The translations under genes were made by a program, and so were the position numbers. A DNA stretch of 38,114 nucleotides, taken from the IMG/VR virus record IMGVR_UViG_3300009095_000007, positions 1 through 38,114 of that record, one strand, 5' to 3'. Shown here piece by piece: positions 34,573 to 38,114 of this stretch. A model generated the notes under the pieces. The model did no database searches. It saw only the letters and a program-made list of their open reading frames with translations, and had not been told where the DNA came from. The stretch is from a virus. Lineage: Duplodnaviria; Caudoviricetes. Within the stretch, counting starts at the first letter, position 1. The number at the start of each line of letters is the position of its first letter.

Positions 34573-35754
34573 TTGAACCTTCTATCAGATATTGTGACTT
34601 ATGTTAGAAGGATCATAAAAAGCCCTTCTAATGCGCAGATCACAGACAACCTGATCATCGATTACATCAACCGCTTTTGGCTGATGGATATGGATGCTCG
34701 AATTCAGCTATTTGATTTCAAGACCACTTACAGTTTCCAGACCATACCGGGGATAGACAAGTACAACATGCCTGTTTACTCCTTACAGACAGAACCTGGT
34801 TCACAGTCGATAAGTTATTATCCTGTTTACCAGGGCTTTGCTTCCCCCTGTTATGTGAATGGCATTCAGATACCCTTTTATGGGCAAAGAGATGCCTTCT
34901 ATAATATATGGCCGAATTTCATCCAGTGGAATGATCAAGTAGCCACCGGGGATGGTGGTTCAACGTACCAACTTACTTTACCATGGTTTCCTGCGGTTCC
35001 AGGTCATGTAGACATGACTGGGATCATCAAGTCTGGTGCCGCTCCTACCGATCCCCTCTTCCTTACAGATGTTTCCTCCCCCACCATTGCCACGGCTGTA
35101 TCTAGGATTCCCACTACTAGCATCATGCCAGGGGTGACAATTGCAGCTACTGATAGCAACGGAAACAACATAGTTGTAACAGATTCGGGTATTTTCCTAG
35201 GGGGCAACACTAGCAGCGAGTTATATGGAGTGCTAATTAATCCAGGAGCTGCTCCTTATGGAAATACTACTCTCGGTTCTTATAGCACTACTTCTAACAC
35301 AGTTAATTACCAGACAGGGGTTGTAAACGTAACCTTTCCGAGTAACATTCCTTCAGGTAATGCCATCAACGTGCAGTGCAACTACTATGAGCAAGGGATG
35401 CCGAGAGCTGTTCTTTTCTATGACAACTACATTCAGGTGAGAAATCCTCCAAACACTCAGTACCAGATCACACTAGATGGCTACCTCTCTCCTGCTGCGT
35501 TTCTAACGACCTCAGATGCTGTACAGTTCGCTTATATGTGTGAATACATAGCAAGAGGTGCGGCCAGAAAGATCCTGTCAGATACAGGCGATATCGAGCA
35601 GTTTAACTTTTATGAGCCGTTCTTTATCGAGCAAGAGCAGCTCGTCTGGAAGAGATCACAGCGCCAGTTTACATCGGTTAGAACTCAAACCATCTTCTCT
35701 GAGGCTGGAATCTCTGGAAGCACAGGAAGCAACAGCTCTTACGGAGGAACCTAA
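34573..35754 (+). CDS. Head-tail adaptor (tail tubular A/gp4-like) with an inserted beta domain
   Basis: LSDIVTYVRRII...IIDYINRFW N-terminus, PRAVLFYDNYIQVRNPPN and EYIARGAARKI C-terminal helices; TTG start with GAGG RBS. Confidence 0.65.
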   Translation: MNLLSDIVTYVRRIIKSPSNAQITDNLIIDYINRFWLMDMDARIQLFDFKTTYSFQTIPGIDKYNMPVYSLQTEPGSQSISYYPVYQGFASPCYVNGIQIPFYGQRDAFYNIWPNFIQWNDQVATGDGGSTYQLTLPWFPAVPGHVDMTGIIKSGAAPTDPLFLTDVSSPTIATAVSRIPTTSIMPGVTIAATDSNGNNIVVTDSGIFLGGNTSSELYGVLINPGAAPYGNTTLGSYSTTSNTVNYQTGVVNVTFPSNIPSGNAINVQCNYYEQGMPRAVLFYDNYIQVRNPPNTQYQITLDGYLSPAAFLTTSDAVQFAYMCEYIARGAARKILSDTGDIEQFNFYEPFFIEQEQLVWKRSQRQFTSVRTQTIFSEAGISGSTGSNSSYGGT

Positions 35755-36308
35755 TGCCCACCTTTACCTATAACGAAAACATCCCAGCAGCAAGCAATCT
35801 TTTGTCCGACGACCAGCCCAATCTTGAAACTAACACCAACTCTATCGCCAGTATTTTAGGTGGCGATTCGACGGTTGATATGATCGGATTTGGTAACGCC
35901 AACGGCGGATGGCACAGACAGTTGACATATGTCGTGCAAGGGTCAGCTCCAGGAAGCGCGTCGGGACAAGCTAGAACTTATTCCAAGACATCTAGTGGAA
36001 GCAGTGAGATCTTTTTGCAGAGAGATAACGTAGCTACAGAGATCCAGTTAACACGCGGCACCCCTTCTGCTGCTACAAGTGGGTTCACTTTCCTTCCAGG
36101 TGGTATTCTTCTTCAGTGGGTACAACGCACCGCAACAGGAGCTTTTAACTGGCCTACTGCATTCACAACGGCTGTCTATGGAGCAACTCTTGGTTATAAT
36201 GATGCAGTTTCGGGGTTGGTTCCAAATTTAACCTCTTTGACAATAACGGGAGCAACGCTAAACAATTCGTCTACGGCCACTGTATTCATAATGGCAATTG
36301 GAGTATAA
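35754..36308 (+). CDS. Short tail-fibre-like protein
   Basis: GFTFLPGGILLQW...WPTAF...FIMAIG C-terminal domain of fibre type. Confidence 0.65.
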   Translation: MPTFTYNENIPAASNLLSDDQPNLETNTNSIASILGGDSTVDMIGFGNANGGWHRQLTYVVQGSAPGSASGQARTYSKTSSGSSEIFLQRDNVATEIQLTRGTPSAATSGFTFLPGGILLQWVQRTATGAFNWPTAFTTAVYGATLGYNDAVSGLVPNLTSLTITGATLNNSSTATVFIMAIGV

Positions 36309-36310
36309 GC

Positions 36311-38114
36311 ATGGGGGAGAGGATCTTTGTTGGCCCAATTGAGAAAGGTCTTCGAACCGATGTAACTCCTTTCAACGTAGACAACGATTCGTTCCCTAAA
36401 CTGGTCAATGCTTACCAGTGGAGAGGAAGAATTAAGAGGAAGCGTGGAACAGAGCTTCTAGGCAGATTGACGCGTTACTTCAACTCTACTTCCACAGCTT
36501 ACAATCCAGGCACGACCACCATCACACTCTCTTCAGGAGCTGGGAACCTTATTACCGGGTTCACCTCTTCGGGAATTCAGGCAGATGCGTCCATTGTTCC
36601 TGGAACAGTAACCATTACTGATACTACATCTGGTAATGTTTACACTGATACTGCTCAAGACGGGACGCTAGTGGGGGCGCCCTCGGGTACCGGTACAATC
36701 AACTATGCCAGCGGAGCCATAACAATTGCCAGCGGCGCCTCTAATGTCATCAACGCTATCTTCAAGTACTACCCCGATCTTCCGGTTATGGGAATTGAGG
36801 ATCTCATTCTCGATCCTACAGATGACACTGCAACCTTAGCCTTTGACACCGACTATCCTTACAACGTCTCTATTACTTATCCCTACACCATTCACGCTGT
36901 TAACTTCTACAAGAACCCCGCTACTGGTGCTTACACTGGTTATACTCAAAAGACCACATGGACTCCATTTACCTATAATGGACAAGATTACCAACAGTTC
37001 TGGACGGTAAATTATGAAGGAGCTTTATGGGCGTGTAATGGGATCACTAAGCCTTTTACAACAACTAATGTGGGGATGCAATACAAGGCAATTAGTGTAG
37101 TGGACAATATCACCGGAGGGCCACCAGCTACGGCCGATCTAACGATCACAGGACATGGTTTGGTGGTAGGAGACTTTGTGTTTGTCAACGAGGTGGCTAC
37201 AACTACAGGAATAAATTTCCAAACGGGATATGTTACAACTGTCGTCAGTGCAGACAAGGTAACAGTCACCTTCCCTAACGCTACGATTGCCACCAATGGT
37301 ACAGGAGGAATTGCACAATATCTCACCAGTAATGCGGACACTACTAAAGACTGCATCAAGTTCTACAACGGAGCTCCTCTAACTAGCGCCTCCCCTCCTG
37401 TGTTTACAACAGGTCAAGGATGGGTGAACTTCTGCCCTCCTCTCTCTAATGCTGATTTTTCTATTGGAGGAAAGCCCGCTGATCAGTATTACCTAGTGAA
37501 CGCTAGAATGATCGTTCCTTTCAAAGACCGCCTGCTATTCATAGGCCCTGTCATTCAGACGTCAACAGCTGGAAGCCAGGTATATCTTCCTGACACGGTC
37601 ATTTATAGCCAGAATGGTACGCCTTATTACACTGCGTCATTTACAGGCACTCCATCCCCTTCTGTTACCTACAATCCTATCCTTACTCCTACGGGTACTA
37701 CGGCGACTCCGCAAGCATGGTGGGCAGATCAGACAGGCCTTGGTGGATGGATAAGTGCAGGGCTTCAAACAGATATCAATACTGTATCTGCGAACGAAGA
37801 CGTCCTCATCATGGGCTTTTCAACTAAGCAGGCACGGTTCGTCTATACAGCAAACGATCTATTTCCCTTCGCCTTCTATATCATCAACTCAGAGCTTGGA
37901 TCAGGAGCTACTTTCTCTGCTGTTAACCTAGACAGAGGGGTTATCACTACAGGAACTAGAGGACTCATCATTACCTCTCAGACTGACTCTAAGAGGATTG
38001 ATTTGGAGATCCCCGATCAGGTGTTCCAGATTCAGCTTACGGATCATGGGGCTCCTCGTATTTGCGCAGCGCGTGACTACATCAACGAATGGATCTATAT
38101 CACCTATCCAACTC
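36311..38114 (+). CDS. Tail nozzle/stabilisation-like protein, N-terminal part; 916 aa across the circular join (not in the ORF track)
   Basis: MGERIFVGPIEKGLRTD...NAYQWRGRIKRKRG; the frame stays open into the terminal repeat and continues to the stop at 1070. Confidence 0.75.
   Translation, partial: MGERIFVGPIEKGLRTDVTPFNVDNDSFPKLVNAYQWRGRIKRKRGTELLGRLTRYFNSTSTAYNPGTTTITLSSGAGNLITGFTSSGIQADASIVPGTVTITDTTSGNVYTDTAQDGTLVGAPSGTGTINYASGAITIASGASNVINAIFKYYPDLPVMGIEDLILDPTDDTATLAFDTDYPYNVSITYPYTIHAVNFYKNPATGAYTGYTQKTTWTPFTYNGQDYQQFWTVNYEGALWACNGITKPFTTTNVGMQYKAISVVDNITGGPPATADLTITGHGLVVGDFVFVNEVATTTGINFQTGYVTTVVSADKVTVTFPNATIATNGTGGIAQYLTSNADTTKDCIKFYNGAPLTSASPPVFTTGQGWVNFCPPLSNADFSIGGKPADQYYLVNARMIVPFKDRLLFIGPVIQTSTAGSQVYLPDTVIYSQNGTPYYTASFTGTPSPSVTYNPILTPTGTTATPQAWWADQTGLGGWISAGLQTDINTVSANEDVLIMGFSTKQARFVYTANDLFPFAFYIINSELGSGATFSAVNLDRGVITTGTRGLIITSQTDSKRIDLEIPDQVFQIQLTDHGAPRICAARDYINEWIYITYPT
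37992..38114. repeat. Terminal direct repeat, copy 2
   Basis: Identical to 1-123. Confidence 0.95.

Overview
This window is an apparently complete, circularly assembled dsDNA tailed-phage genome of about 37,991 bp: positions 1-123 are repeated at 37992-38114, and one 916-aa ORF reads across the join. Its layout is podovirus-like. It encodes TerS/TerL, a P22-like portal, a scaffold, an N4-gp56-like major capsid protein, adaptor/nozzle and ejection proteins, and several tailspike/fibre genes. It also has a lambda-O-like initiator with internal iterons, DnaB, ERF, YqaJ and RusA. I found no integrase, CI repressor or recognisable lysin. The DnaB looks chlamydial, suggesting an environmental Chlamydiae host (inference). 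The main discovery is in the capsid gene (29681-32381), which is split into six exons by five intervening sequences, but only three of these carry a group I ribozyme core. One of the other two is a 4-nt TAAG 'micro-intron' (30136-30139) whose spliced junction pairs over 11 contiguous bp with the guide sequence (IGS) of intron 1. The other is a 972-nt core-less element carrying a LAGLIDADG gene, its own 14-bp guide, and a 9-bp helix that tethers it beside the core of intron 3. This suggests dependent 'satellite' introns spliced by a neighbouring ribozyme that works twice. All family assignments are from motif recognition by eye; no searches or folding programs were run.
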